In this document: positions 31,085 through 41,293 of the stretch, one piece after another
Layout of the letters: each line of letters opens with the position of its first letter
Position numbering within the stretch: the stretch's first letter is position 1
Assembly: GCA_963765495.1 (NCBI GenBank)
Contig: CAVXWP010000002.1
Location: 160,001 to 224,000, forward strand
DNA: 64,000 nucleotides
Source: Blastocatellia bacterium
GTDB taxonomy: Bacteria; Acidobacteriota; Blastocatellia; UBA7656
Direction of reading: 5' to 3'
Notes under the pieces: model-generated
What the model saw: the letters and a program-made list of their open reading frames with translations, nothing else
Told to the model about the DNA's origin: nothing
Databases searched by the model: none
Translations under genes and position numbers: made by a program

Positions 31085-33742
31085 TTAAAAAGATTTAAAG
31101 GCTGCCGGATTGTTGGTTTGACGGGTCAACTCGTCGAACCTGGGATTTGAGCGAAGCGGGTCAAGCTGCGGGTCTACGGCGAACCACATGACCCAGCCAT
31201 CACGGATGGCGAGGGCTTGTTCCATAAAGTCGAGGGCCTGCTCCTGATCGCCGAGATGGATGTGAATCAGCGCGAGCATGTAGGGTGAAACATAGATCGA
31301 CTGAGACATCTCAAGCAATTGCCGGATGGTTTTGCGCGCCTCCTGTTCGCGTCCCGCTTCGGCATAAGCTGCGCCAAGCCCGGTCAGATAAAGGGGCGTT
31401 CCGCCTGATAACTTGACCGCCTTTTTAGCCTGTTCGATGGCCTCCTCGTGTCTTCCGATTCGTCTGAGCGACCAGCTATACATCAGCCGCCCGTAGGGAA
31501 AACGCGGGTCGGCTTCCACTACCTTTCGATTGACGGCCAGAGCCTCATCGAAACGGCGCGACTGGTAATGACACCACCCAAGAGCGACTGTGACAAGCGG
31601 CGAGACGGGATCGAGTTCGACTGCATAAGTCACTTCTCTGAGCGCCTCGTCAAAACGCGCGCTACTCAACAGGATGAAGCTGTACCAATCGTGAGCCGTG
31701 GCGCTGTGCGAGTTGAGTTCGAGGGAGCGGAGAATCGATTTTTCAGCCGTGGGCCAGTCAAGGTCGTGGCAGTGGATCGCAAATCCTAATGCTGCATGGG
31801 CTTCGGCGAGCGTGGGATCGAGTTCGAGGGCACGCATCGCCGCTTCTATTGCCGCCGCCGAGCTTTCGGCAAACGGCATCACGCCGTAGACGCCAAGGAA
31901 GATGTAATAATCGGCGATGCCCGCGTATGCGAGGGCATAGTGAGGGTCGAGCGCGATGGCGCGGTAATAATCCTGAAGGGCCTTGGCGAAACCCTCTTCG
32001 GTCAGGCTGTGCCAGTGATAACGTCCGCGCAGATAGGCTTCGAATGCGCGCTCATCATAAGTACCGCGTTTCGCCAATTGCTGTCGTTCTTCGACCGCAA
32101 GCTGCGGTATCAGGGCGTTTGCCACCTGTTCGGAGATCGAATCTTCAAGCCTCAAGACATCGGTGAATTTTTCGTCAAATCGCGCCGCCCACCGCGTAGC
32201 GCCTTCTCCCACCTGTAAAAGCTGGACGGTGACGCGCAATATTTCGCCCACGCGGCGAATGCGGCCGTCCACTATGTAATCTACGCCGAGGTCGAGACCT
32301 GCGGCGAGCGGGTCGCCCGTATCGCCACTGCTATAAGCAAGAACGCTGCTGGTCGGACGCACTATAAACAGGCGGACGTTGCTTAACCGCGTAATCAATG
32401 CGTCGGCGAGACCTACACCAAGATATTCGTCCCCGGTGTCATCATCTACGCGCGGCCCCAGAACTTTGAAAGGCAATACGGCGAGCGAGAGTTCCCCTGT
32501 ATTGGCTCTTTGAAGAGGGCTTGTTTGTCGGGCCGAAGGTTGAATATAAGGCGGCGCGGCGACGGGCTGCCCTCCAAGAAAACGTGTGATATCGTCGCGC
32601 AAATCAGAGGCAGTCTGGTAGCGCAAGGCGGGCTCTTTTCTGAGCGACTTCATTATGATTCTTTCGAGGTCGCCGGAGAGGTCGCGGCGCAGGGAGTCCA
32701 TACTCGTATTGCGCGCGTCGAGCAGGGCTTCGAGCGACGCCTTTTCGCCCGTCCCGTTTGGCGCAAAGTTGGCATCACGCGTAAGACTCTCGCTGATGGA
32801 TTCAGGCTCTTCTTCACAGATGATTCGCGCGACTTCGTGGAGGGCGCGATTCTTCAAGCGGTAAGGGCGATGACCCGACAGTAGTTCGTAAAGCACAACG
32901 CCGAGGCTGTAAATATCGCTGGCCGGGGTGACTGTATCTCCCTTTACCTGTTCCGGGCTTGCGTATTCGGGCGTCATCAATCGAATGGCCGTGAGGGTAA
33001 TGTCGATGGTTTCGCTCGCGAGTTCAGGGTCGAGCAGCTTTGCTATTCCGAAATCGAGCAGTTTCGGAATACCTTCGGAAGAGACGTGTATGTTTGAAGG
33101 CTTTATGTCGCGGTGAATGACGCGTTTTTCGTGCGCGTAGTGGACGGCCTCGCAAATCTGCTGAAACAGTCTCAATCGTTCCGGGATAGTCAGCCGTTGC
33201 GTATCACAATACCCGTAGAGGGGCTGACCTTCGATAAATTCCATGACGAAGAAAGGCAGACCTTCGTCGGTTGTGCCGCCGTCGAGCAGTCGAGCAATGT
33301 TTACGTGATCGAGCGCAGCCAGTATCTGGCGCTCGTTGCGAAACCGGCGCAGGATGAAATCCGTATCCATGCCGCGTTTTACTACCTTTACCGCCACACG
33401 CTTTCGAAAAACATTGTCGGCGCGAACAGCCTCATAAACTGCGCCCATGCCGCCTCGTCCTATTTCGCGCTCTATACGATACGCGCCGACCCGGCTGCCG
33501 AGAAGCGGATCGGCTTCGCCCTTCATGAGCGAGGCGAGCGTGTCAGGGCCAACATCAAGGCTCAAGGTTTCATTGGAAAGATCGCCGGTTGTTTTATTTT
33601 GAGTGAGCAATGATTCGACATCGCGTTTCAAATCCGAATCACCCGCGCACGCTCTTGTGATGTAGAGGTCCCGGTCTTCGGGCGTAAGGTCGCGCGCCGT
33701 TTGAAAAATGTCTTCGATCTGTTGTCGACGATTGGATGACAT
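31085..33742 (-). CDS. Hanks-type Ser/Thr protein kinase with TolB_N-like and TPR domains
   Basis: IGRGGMGAVY, VAVK, IHRDIKPSN, LLDFG, TPEYASPEQ; SLAVLPF; TPRs; C-terminal DPLRSNPRF. Confidence 0.93.
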   Translation of the reverse strand: MSSNRRQQIEDIFQTARDLTPEDRDLYITRACAGDSDLKRDVESLLTQNKTTGDLSNETLSLDVGPDTLASLMKGEADPLLGSRVGAYRIEREIGRGGMGAVYEAVRADNVFRKRVAVKVVKRGMDTDFILRRFRNERQILAALDHVNIARLLDGGTTDEGLPFFVMEFIEGQPLYGYCDTQRLTIPERLRLFQQICEAVHYAHEKRVIHRDIKPSNIHVSSEGIPKLLDFGIAKLLDPELASETIDITLTAIRLMTPEYASPEQVKGDTVTPASDIYSLGVVLYELLSGHRPYRLKNRALHEVARIICEEEPESISESLTRDANFAPNGTGEKASLEALLDARNTSMDSLRRDLSGDLERIIMKSLRKEPALRYQTASDLRDDITRFLGGQPVAAPPYIQPSARQTSPLQRANTGELSLAVLPFKVLGPRVDDDTGDEYLGVGLADALITRLSNVRLFIVRPTSSVLAYSSGDTGDPLAAGLDLGVDYIVDGRIRRVGEILRVTVQLLQVGEGATRWAARFDEKFTDVLRLEDSISEQVANALIPQLAVEERQQLAKRGTYDERAFEAYLRGRYHWHSLTEEGFAKALQDYYRAIALDPHYALAYAGIADYYIFLGVYGVMPFAESSAAAIEAAMRALELDPTLAEAHAALGFAIHCHDLDWPTAEKSILRSLELNSHSATAHDWYSFILLSSARFDEALREVTYAVELDPVSPLVTVALGWCHYQSRRFDEALAVNRKVVEADPRFPYGRLMYSWSLRRIGRHEEAIEQAKKAVKLSGGTPLYLTGLGAAYAEAGREQEARKTIRQLLEMSQSIYVSPYMLALIHIHLGDQEQALDFMEQALAIRDGWVMWFAVDPQLDPLRSNPRFDELTRQTNNPAAFKSF

Positions 33743-34191
33743 ATAAACTCTTCGCCCGTCAGGGATGCACCGTCTCACCCCACCTTCCGGTAAGGTTTCC
33801 GTTTATAAAACCCAAATGCAAAAAATTTATCCGGTATAAAAGGAAGAAAAACCTAATCCCAGCCTGAACCCCTCGCGCAGCAACTGCACCCTTCATCCCT
33901 TGATCTAAACGCCGGTACTTTTGCTCTCAGGGTAAATCCTAGCTCAAGGGGAACCGCCGCGCAAGCAGAGACAAATCTCGTCTCTGCGACGTGGTACAGG
34001 GCCATTTTGTTGTGAGGTATTTAGATTTCAGGTTGGCCTTTGGGCTTGTGGTAATCCGCCTTGTGCCGGATGAGAACCTGTGGCTCAACGGTAGGTAGAA
34101 TTTGCCGCATTCTTGATGCTTATAGCCCGCCAGCCAAAAACTGAATAGCCATGGAAAGAAGCAAACAATTCAATTGAGTGTGTCTTGAAAT

Positions 34192-34233
34192 AGGATGCTG
34201 CCGAAAGGAAGGGGAAGCCCTCGGCAGCATCCT
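34192..34233 (-). terminator. Hairpin terminator after the secreted-protein gene
   Basis: AGGATGCTGCCGA...TCGGCAGCATCCT. Confidence 0.6.
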
Positions 34234-34243
34234 AAAGATAAAA

Positions 34244-34786
34244 TCAATTGCCCGGAGGGGGCGCTTCCGCCTTTACACGCGATCCCTGCAACGAGACGCT
34301 TCCTGTAAAGACAACATTCCCACCCGTATCAAAACCTTCGATAAACTGCCTGCCGGTAAATTCATCGCCTGAATTGCCAAGTGTTATCTCGCCTCGAATC
34401 TTCGTCGGCCCGGCCGGAACCGATCCGTTTTCCGTATCAAAGCAGAAGTTATATTGCGTGATGGTGAATGAGCGATTCCCGGTTCTTTCCCACACCCCCT
34501 GATCCGGCGTGCAGACGGGGCCGGGAGTCAGTTGGAACTCGTTTGTATCCACCAGCGTTCCTTCGTTGTCGTCTCTGCCGGGCATGAAGGTGATAAGCAC
34601 TTTGAAAGTGGGTATCTCGGGCGGGTCTGTAAAGGTTGCATCGACCAGCCATGTTCCCACAAGCTTTGCGTTCTTTTTTACCAGTAAGCCGTTGTTCGCA
34701 AGCCCCGGCTCGACCGCGCTTATTGTCAATAGAGCGGCCATCATTGCGGCCACCACCAAACTTGAAAAGGTCTTTCTTATCGTCAT
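34244..34786 (-). CDS. Secreted hypothetical beta-barrel-like protein
   Basis: SD GAGGAG before MTIRK; signal peptide; LVGTW, QGVWERTG. Confidence 0.7.
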   Translation of the reverse strand: MTIRKTFSSLVVAAMMAALLTISAVEPGLANNGLLVKKNAKLVGTWLVDATFTDPPEIPTFKVLITFMPGRDDNEGTLVDTNEFQLTPGPVCTPDQGVWERTGNRSFTITQYNFCFDTENGSVPAGPTKIRGEITLGNSGDEFTGRQFIEGFDTGGNVVFTGSVSLQGSRVKAEAPPPGN

Positions 34787-34857
34787 AAATTTTGCTCCTC
34801 TCTCGTTTTCGTTAAACATTTCGGATTTGCGCATTGCGCTTGCCTCCTTATAAAGCT

Positions 34858-35112
34858 CTATTCCAGCAATGAATTGAGACAGATCAGGGCCGATTCGTCC
34901 GCCACGCGTATAATGTGTAGAGCGCCCGCTTCTATTCGGCTCAGTATCCACCGACTGCTTTCATCCGCCGTGGCAGAGGCAGGATCGAACCTGATCATCT
35001 CGACCTGTTTGCCGCACTCAGAACACCAATCAATAAGCATCCCGTCGCGCCCGGTTATCACTATGAGCCGCTCGGTTTCGACTGTGATCCTTCTTCTAGT
35101 CTTTTTGCCCAC
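34858..35112 (-). CDS. Small CxxC-containing protein (possible Zn-ribbon/HTH)
   Basis: SD GGAGG, GTG start; RITVETERLIVI...WCSECG...LICLNSL. Confidence 0.65.
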   Translation of the reverse strand: MGKKTRRRITVETERLIVITGRDGMLIDWCSECGKQVEMIRFDPASATADESSRWILSRIEAGALHIIRVADESALICLNSLLE

Positions 35113-35296
35113 ACCGCCTCCAGAACCTCGGGCCGTCTCTATTGCCTGACAGGCAGTTCTGCCTTAAAATGCGCTCCGACGAGGTTGCCGTTTTGCGCTG
35201 CCCCGTCGCTATCTCAATTCACGCGAGATACAATACTCGAAGGGCGGGCGAAGAGTCTTTCGCGTCCCCGGAAATAATTCGGAAGAAACTCGGAAA

Positions 35297-35446
35297 GAGC
35301 AGCAATTCTCGGTTTAGAGGAAATCGCACCGGGATATACCACGAAACAGACTAAATACACGAATAATTCTTCTATTTCGTGTGCTTCGTGTATTTCGTGG
35401 TTCACTTCTTGTTAAGACAGAATTTCTAAACCGAGAATTGCTGCTC
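35297..35446. mobile_element. 150-bp MITE-like element with 22-bp perfect terminal inverted repeats and an internal CACGAA palindrome
   Basis: GAGCAGCAATTCTCGGTTTAGA (35297-35318) and TCTAAACCGAGAATTGCTGCTC (35425-35446); inside, ACCACGAAA...TACACGAA / TTCGTGTGCTTCGTGTATTTCGTGGT. Confidence 0.75.
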
Positions 35447-35569
35447 GTAAATGCGCTCGCAGGGTAAAATCTGGAGACAAACCTTTTTATTCTTGTGGTA
35501 AACTCTCTTCAAGCCTTGCGGTCGAAAGTTTTTTTGACTTTCGCGTACTCTGCTTCCCGGAGGAAACCT

Positions 35570-36016
35570 GTGAAAAAATATTTTGTCGCCCTTGCGACAC
35601 TGCTCTTGTTTACCTCATCAGCCCCGACCTTTGCTCAGGAAGCAAAACAATCAGAAGAAACGATGATACGCGAGGTCGTAGGCCATTACCTTTACGGCCT
35701 CAAGCACAACGACGTTGAAAGCCTGAAGAAAGCCTTCTGGCCCGAGGCTAAACTCTTTTTCGTCAAGAGAGACGGGGGGCTTGGACAGCTCACCCAGTCG
35801 CAATGGTACGAGGGATTCGCCGCAAGCGCGGGAAAAGAAGAGGAAGGCGATCTGCACATCACATCCGTTGACATCACTGACAACGCGGCATCGGTGCGAG
35901 TAGAGGAAGATTATCCGACATCCGTCTATGTTGATTACCTGTCGCTTCTGAAATTCAACGGAGAATGGAGAATAGTCAACAAGATTTACACATCCAGGCG
36001 AAAGCAAAAAAAGTGA
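35570..36016 (+). CDS. NTF2-like / putative lumazine-binding family secreted protein
   Basis: Signal peptide; LKKAFWPEAKL...YVDYLSLLKFNGEWRIVNK. Confidence 0.85.
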   Translation: MKKYFVALATLLLFTSSAPTFAQEAKQSEETMIREVVGHYLYGLKHNDVESLKKAFWPEAKLFFVKRDGGLGQLTQSQWYEGFAASAGKEEEGDLHITSVDITDNAASVRVEEDYPTSVYVDYLSLLKFNGEWRIVNKIYTSRRKQKK

Positions 36017-36068
36017 TGCGTGAAAAGATTTAGACAGGATACACAATTCAAAAAAGACGAGGTGGCTG

Positions 36069-38531
36069 ATGGAAAATCTGTGGAACGATCTCTCTTACGC
36101 GATTCGAATGCTCATAAAAAACCCGGGCTTTACGACCGTGGCTATTCTGTCGCTGGCCATCGGTATCGGGGCCAACAGCGCAATCTTCAGCGTGACCGAT
36201 GCGCTGTTGTTGCGGCCTCTGCCTTATAAAGATTCAGAGAGATTAGCCATACTCTGGAACCGCTCGCCCGGATTGAACATCGCCCAGGACTGGTTTTCGC
36301 CCGGCATGTATCTTGACGTAAAGACCCAGAATCAGGTCTTTGACGATGTGGCCATCACAATCGGCGGAAGCTTTAACATGACCGGACAGGGAGAGCCCGA
36401 ACGAGTCGACGGAGCAAGGGTCTCATCGTCGCTGTTTACGCTTCTGGGCGCAAGCCCGCTGCTCGGGCGTCTGTTGTTGCCGGAAGAGGATGAGCCGGGC
36501 AAGCCTCCGGCTGCGATCCTGAGCAACGGATTCTGGGAACGCCGCTTTGGTCGAGACCCGGAGGTGCTAGGAAAGACGCTTACGCTAAACGGCAATAACT
36601 TTACGATTGTAGGCGTTATGCCGCCGGATTTCTATTTGAATAAAGAAGTGATGCCCGCTGTAAACGGTATCCGCACTGCCGATATCCTGCTTCCTCTGCC
36701 GTTGAGCGAAAGCGCAAGGACGGACCGCGATCACGAAGACTTCAATATCTTTGCGCGGTTGAAAGAGGGTGTAACGGTCGCCCAGGCGCAGGCCGACATG
36801 AATGTTATTGCCGACCGCATGAAGCAGCAATATCCGGGCAACTACCCGGCTACAGGCGGGCTGACCATAAGCGTCGTTCCCCTGCTCGATCAGGTGGTAG
36901 GCGATATTCGCCTTGCGCTTTATGTGCTTTTTGGCGCGGTCGGGTTTGTGCTTCTCATAGCGTGCGTCAACGTAGCGAATCTGCTGCTCGCCCGCGCCAC
37001 GGTTCGGCAAAAAGAGATGGCCATTCGCGCCGCCGTAGGCGCGAGCCGCGTCCGTTTGCTGAGACAACTGCTGACCGAAAGCGTGCTGCTTGCGATAACG
37101 GGCGGGGTAATAGGGCTTATGATCGCGCTCGTTGCCGTCAAAGTGCTGCGCGTCTTTGGTCCTGAAAATATTCCGCGACTGAACAGCGTAGGCGTAGACG
37201 TTAAGGCCATCGCCTTCACCTTTTCCATATCGCTTTTGACCGGCGTCATCTTCGGGCTGGTCCCGGCCTTCAGCGCATCAAGAGTAGATTTGAACAAGGT
37301 GCTAAAGGACGGAGGCCGCACATCACAGGGCGGCGGCACTTTTGGGCGCGGGCATTATCAGATACGCAAATTGCTGGTTATTTCCGAGGTCGCGCTGTCG
37401 CTTGTTCTCTTGATTGGGGCCGGGTTGCTGATCCGCAGCTACAGAAGCATCGCAAGATCAAATCCGGGCTTCGACCCGCACAACGTTCTTTCGTTGCGGC
37501 TGTCGCTTCCCGGGATAAAATACTCGACGCCCGATGCGGTAAGCGGATTCTACAAACAGCTTGATGAAAGAGTGAAGGCGCTGCCGGGGGTAGAGTATGT
37601 CGGCACAAATTATCAATTGCCGCTCTCTTCGGTCGCGCTTGCGTGGGAGCCTGTCACCGTGGATGGCTATCTGCCCAGAGAAGGCGAAAGCCTGATAATA
37701 TCGAGTTCAGGCTACACCAATCCCGACTATTTTCGCGCGATGGGAATCAAGCTGCTGAAAGGGCGGTTTTTCAATGAGCACGACATAAGGGGGGCGCAGG
37801 AGGTCGCCATCGTAGATGATAAATTTGCCGAACGTTTCTGGCCCGATCAAGACCCGATTGGCAAACGGATGCGGCGCGGGGATTCAGGCCCCTGGCGGGT
37901 TGTCGTCGGAATGGTCGCCGATGAAAGAGAGTTCGGAGCGGAGACCGAGCCGCCCATTACCGCCTACTTTCCCGTTGAGCAGTTCAATATAGGCAGCCGG
38001 TTTCTGGTTGCGCGGACGACCTCCGATCCCGTCCAACTGACTCAATCTGTCATCAAAGAGATTCAGACTCTTGACCCTGAACTCCCTGTTTACGATGTCA
38101 GCACGATGGAGCAGAGGTTGTACGATTCGCTTGCGCGGCAACGATTCTCAATGCTGTTGCTTGGCGTCTTCGCCCTCTTCGCCGTGATACTTGCGGCAAT
38201 CGGAATCTACGGCGTCATGGCCTATTCGGTAAATCAAAGGACTCATGAAATCGGCATCCGCATGGCTTTAGGCGCACAGCCGCGCAACATTTTGCGACTC
38301 GTAATCCGGCAGGCATTGATACTGGTAACGGTTGGCATCGCAATCGGTCTCGCAGCCGCATTTGCGCTTACGCAAGTTATGTCGAGTCTGCTTTATGGCG
38401 TAAGCACAACCGATGCCCTTACATTTGCGCTGACCGCATTTGCGCTTGGAGCCATCGCTTTGTTTGCCAGTTATATTCCGGCTCGCCGCGCAGCAAGGGT
38501 AGACCCGATGGTCGCGCTCAGATATGAATGA
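36069..38531 (+). CDS. ABC transporter permease, ADOP family
   Basis: NDLSYAIRML..NPGFT..LAIGIGANSAIFS; IPARRAARVDPMVALRYE. Confidence 0.93.
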   Translation: MENLWNDLSYAIRMLIKNPGFTTVAILSLAIGIGANSAIFSVTDALLLRPLPYKDSERLAILWNRSPGLNIAQDWFSPGMYLDVKTQNQVFDDVAITIGGSFNMTGQGEPERVDGARVSSSLFTLLGASPLLGRLLLPEEDEPGKPPAAILSNGFWERRFGRDPEVLGKTLTLNGNNFTIVGVMPPDFYLNKEVMPAVNGIRTADILLPLPLSESARTDRDHEDFNIFARLKEGVTVAQAQADMNVIADRMKQQYPGNYPATGGLTISVVPLLDQVVGDIRLALYVLFGAVGFVLLIACVNVANLLLARATVRQKEMAIRAAVGASRVRLLRQLLTESVLLAITGGVIGLMIALVAVKVLRVFGPENIPRLNSVGVDVKAIAFTFSISLLTGVIFGLVPAFSASRVDLNKVLKDGGRTSQGGGTFGRGHYQIRKLLVISEVALSLVLLIGAGLLIRSYRSIARSNPGFDPHNVLSLRLSLPGIKYSTPDAVSGFYKQLDERVKALPGVEYVGTNYQLPLSSVALAWEPVTVDGYLPREGESLIISSSGYTNPDYFRAMGIKLLKGRFFNEHDIRGAQEVAIVDDKFAERFWPDQDPIGKRMRRGDSGPWRVVVGMVADEREFGAETEPPITAYFPVEQFNIGSRFLVARTTSDPVQLTQSVIKEIQTLDPELPVYDVSTMEQRLYDSLARQRFSMLLLGVFALFAVILAAIGIYGVMAYSVNQRTHEIGIRMALGAQPRNILRLVIRQALILVTVGIAIGLAAAFALTQVMSSLLYGVSTTDALTFALTAFALGAIALFASYIPARRAARVDPMVALRYE

Positions 38532-38559
38532 TCTGAGAACTATTATTTGAGCGGCTAAT

Positions 38560-38621
38560 GAGGATTAGATTGGATTGAAAGTAAACCCTGTTCAATCCAA
38601 CCTAATCCTGTTAATCCTGTC
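38560..38621. repeat. AGGATT-type intergenic palindrome
   Basis: AGGATTAGATTGGATTGAA ... TTCAATCCAACCTAATCCTGTTAATCCTGTC, between convergent genes. Confidence 0.7.
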
Positions 38622-38645
38622 TCGCTCTTCACCCATAACGCATAT

Positions 38646-40874
38646 TTAGAACTTGATCTTTACAAGGAAAGCGTCAGTCCCCTCACGCTTCTCGCTTTGA
38701 AAAGTCTTCCCCGCTGTAGGGAATTTCTTAGACCTTGTGAACCCGGTAATCACTACATTTCCCTCCGAATCTATAGCCAAGCCACACGCACTGTCTTCCC
38801 CGCGTCCGCCGATGTAGCTTGAATAGATGAGATTCGCGCCAATGCTGTCGAGCTTTATGACAAAGGCATCTTCATCATTAACGATCCCCCCCCTTACAGG
38901 CTGTATAGCGTCCTCGGTCGTTGGAAAATCATCAGAGGCTGTAATACCGGCGATGACGGCGTTTCCATCAGAGTCTAATCCGATGGACATGCCCTCTTCC
39001 TGATTGTTCCCGCCAAGAAATGTGGAATAGATGTACTGTGCCCCCAAAGCATCGAGTCTGGTGACAAACCCATCCGATAGCCCGCCGATTTGTGTTCGGA
39101 GAGCATTGGCAGTTACAGGGAAATCACTTGAAAGCGTCAGCCCGGTTATGTACATGCTTTGATCCGAACCCGCCGCGATGGATCGGCCAATATCCTCACC
39201 TTCTCCTCCAAGATAGGTCGAGTAATAAAAGCGACTCTTCTTGGCGTTCAATTTAACGACGAACCCGTCGCCAAATACCGGCCCACCACTAAATTCTCTT
39301 TGAACGGCGTTTGACGTTGTGAACATGTCTCTGGATGTAGTGCTCCCCGTTATGTACTCGTTTCCCATGTCATCAAGCGCAATGGCTTGAGCCACATCCT
39401 GACCGCTTCCGCCCAGATAAGTCGAAAAGAGCAGTTTGTTGCCGGACGGTCTGAAACTTGTCGCAAATATATCGGTGCCGCCGTGTGATGCATAGTACAG
39501 CGCCCTGTAGGTCGGGAAATCGGTGGAATCAGTAGAACCCGTGATGTGGACTTTACCATCCGGGCTGACAGCAATACCGTACGCGCAATCATCGCCTGCC
39601 CCGCCAAGATAGGTCGAAAAGATCAACTCCTTGCCGTCGCTGCTCAACTTCGTCACGAAAACGTCATAAAGCCCCCTTGGCATCCGTTGCAGCCCCTTCC
39701 TGGTGGGAAAGTCATGCGAAGTTGTACAGCCGGTTATATAGGCATTGCCTTCGCTGTCTACGGCAATGCCATAACCCAGGTCGAAACCCCTACCTCCCAG
39801 ATATGTAGAGTAGACAGGAGTACCGCTCGACAGATCAAACTTGATCACGAAAATATCATAAAGCCCCCCGCTCGCCTGTTGAATAGAGGAGTCAGTAGTC
39901 GAGAAATCCGGCGACATGGTCTCGCCGGTTATATAGACAAAGCCTTCTTTATCTACGGCTATTGCGTGGGCTATGTCATCCTCGCTCCCCCCCAGATAGG
40001 TTCCATATTTAAGGATGGGGTCAATTACGAGAGGCCGCGTCTTATCATAGCTTCCTACCTGAAACCCGACCACGCCCGAGTCGCCGACCAGAAATCGGCC
40101 CGACACCTCTCTCCTGATTCCATCAGCGACTTGATAGATAAAGGGCCGACACTGCCGGACCAGACCCGTCCCGGCGTGAAGCAATAAATCACCGCTCTTA
40201 TCCAGTTCAACCTCACTTACCCCGTCAAAAGCGAGAGCGATATTTGTCGGGTCCGCGCCGGGCCTCACAACAAAATCATACTCCAGCTCTCCCTGATTTC
40301 CGTAATAGACGATGTCAATGCCATCATAGATGTTTTCGCATTTCACCCTGGCAAAGTATTCAATCTCTCTTCGCCAGCGTAGAGGGGAGTTTCCGATAAA
40401 ATAGTTGCCCTTGCCGGGTAATAGTTCTTCTCCCTCCATACGAGACTGAGGGTTGGAGTTTATCAGCTTCATGGTCAGGTTCGCGTTGCCCGAATCATTC
40501 GCCGGATCAGCAAACGGCATCTTTGTTTCAGCCTTCCTTCGATGACCGAACCTGAGAGTTGCTCTCGTAGGGCTGACAAAGAAATTGAATCCTGAGCCGC
40601 GCGCAAGATAAGCCACGCCTGCATCTGCCTGCCCGCGATTGACTTCGAATGACAGCGGCAACTGAATTGCTGCTGCCGTAGTATGTTCTGCTCGATTTTG
40701 CTCTCCCCCCGCAAAGAGGTTCGCGGGCTCGATTAAATTCATGCGTAGAGTTGATATGGATGTTTTTTCGTTCCTCAAAGGCTCAAAAAGCGGGTGAGCG
40801 GTCGAACTGAAAGACAGTGTCATTAGCAGGCATAGAGAGAGCACGCTTATAGATCGATGTCTTAAAAATCTCAT
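38646..40874 (-). CDS. SBBP beta-propeller repeat cell-surface protein
   Basis: LSFEVNRGQ, LEYDFVVRPGADP, PLVIDP, repeated YSTYLGG..D....IAVD..G..YITG.T.S.DFP. Confidence 0.9.
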   Translation of the reverse strand: MRFLRHRSISVLSLCLLMTLSFSSTAHPLFEPLRNEKTSISTLRMNLIEPANLFAGGEQNRAEHTTAAAIQLPLSFEVNRGQADAGVAYLARGSGFNFFVSPTRATLRFGHRRKAETKMPFADPANDSGNANLTMKLINSNPQSRMEGEELLPGKGNYFIGNSPLRWRREIEYFARVKCENIYDGIDIVYYGNQGELEYDFVVRPGADPTNIALAFDGVSEVELDKSGDLLLHAGTGLVRQCRPFIYQVADGIRREVSGRFLVGDSGVVGFQVGSYDKTRPLVIDPILKYGTYLGGSEDDIAHAIAVDKEGFVYITGETMSPDFSTTDSSIQQASGGLYDIFVIKFDLSSGTPVYSTYLGGRGFDLGYGIAVDSEGNAYITGCTTSHDFPTRKGLQRMPRGLYDVFVTKLSSDGKELIFSTYLGGAGDDCAYGIAVSPDGKVHITGSTDSTDFPTYRALYYASHGGTDIFATSFRPSGNKLLFSTYLGGSGQDVAQAIALDDMGNEYITGSTTSRDMFTTSNAVQREFSGGPVFGDGFVVKLNAKKSRFYYSTYLGGEGEDIGRSIAAGSDQSMYITGLTLSSDFPVTANALRTQIGGLSDGFVTRLDALGAQYIYSTFLGGNNQEEGMSIGLDSDGNAVIAGITASDDFPTTEDAIQPVRGGIVNDEDAFVIKLDSIGANLIYSSYIGGRGEDSACGLAIDSEGNVVITGFTRSKKFPTAGKTFQSEKREGTDAFLVKIKF

Positions 40875-41293
40875 TTCATTTCTTCCTCTCTTTAAACTGG
40901 AAACGGCTCAATTAGTCGCAAAGCATGTGATGCTCGATTGGTTTGCTTCTTATCCTTCACTATCACGCAGATGCTCAACTGTAGTTCCGAATTATTTTTG
41001 AATCCGGCGAACTGGAAGTATCGCATAAGTTTACCCCTGAATGCTTCTATATTCCGGTTCCATCTTATCCGGGGAATAGATGACCGCATAAAACACCCTG
41101 CTATAAGAGTCCGAAAGCCAACTTTCAAGAAACCTTGAGAGAGGCAGGCTATATGATGCCGGACGAGTTGACCCGACCAGATTTTATCGCTAAGGTTTGC
41201 GAATTGTCCGTCCAGACAGGCCTCTTTTCAGTCCGGCCCTGTCGGATTCGGTCGGCGGGCAGGTTAGATTAAATTTTCAGGAGAGTATTGATT

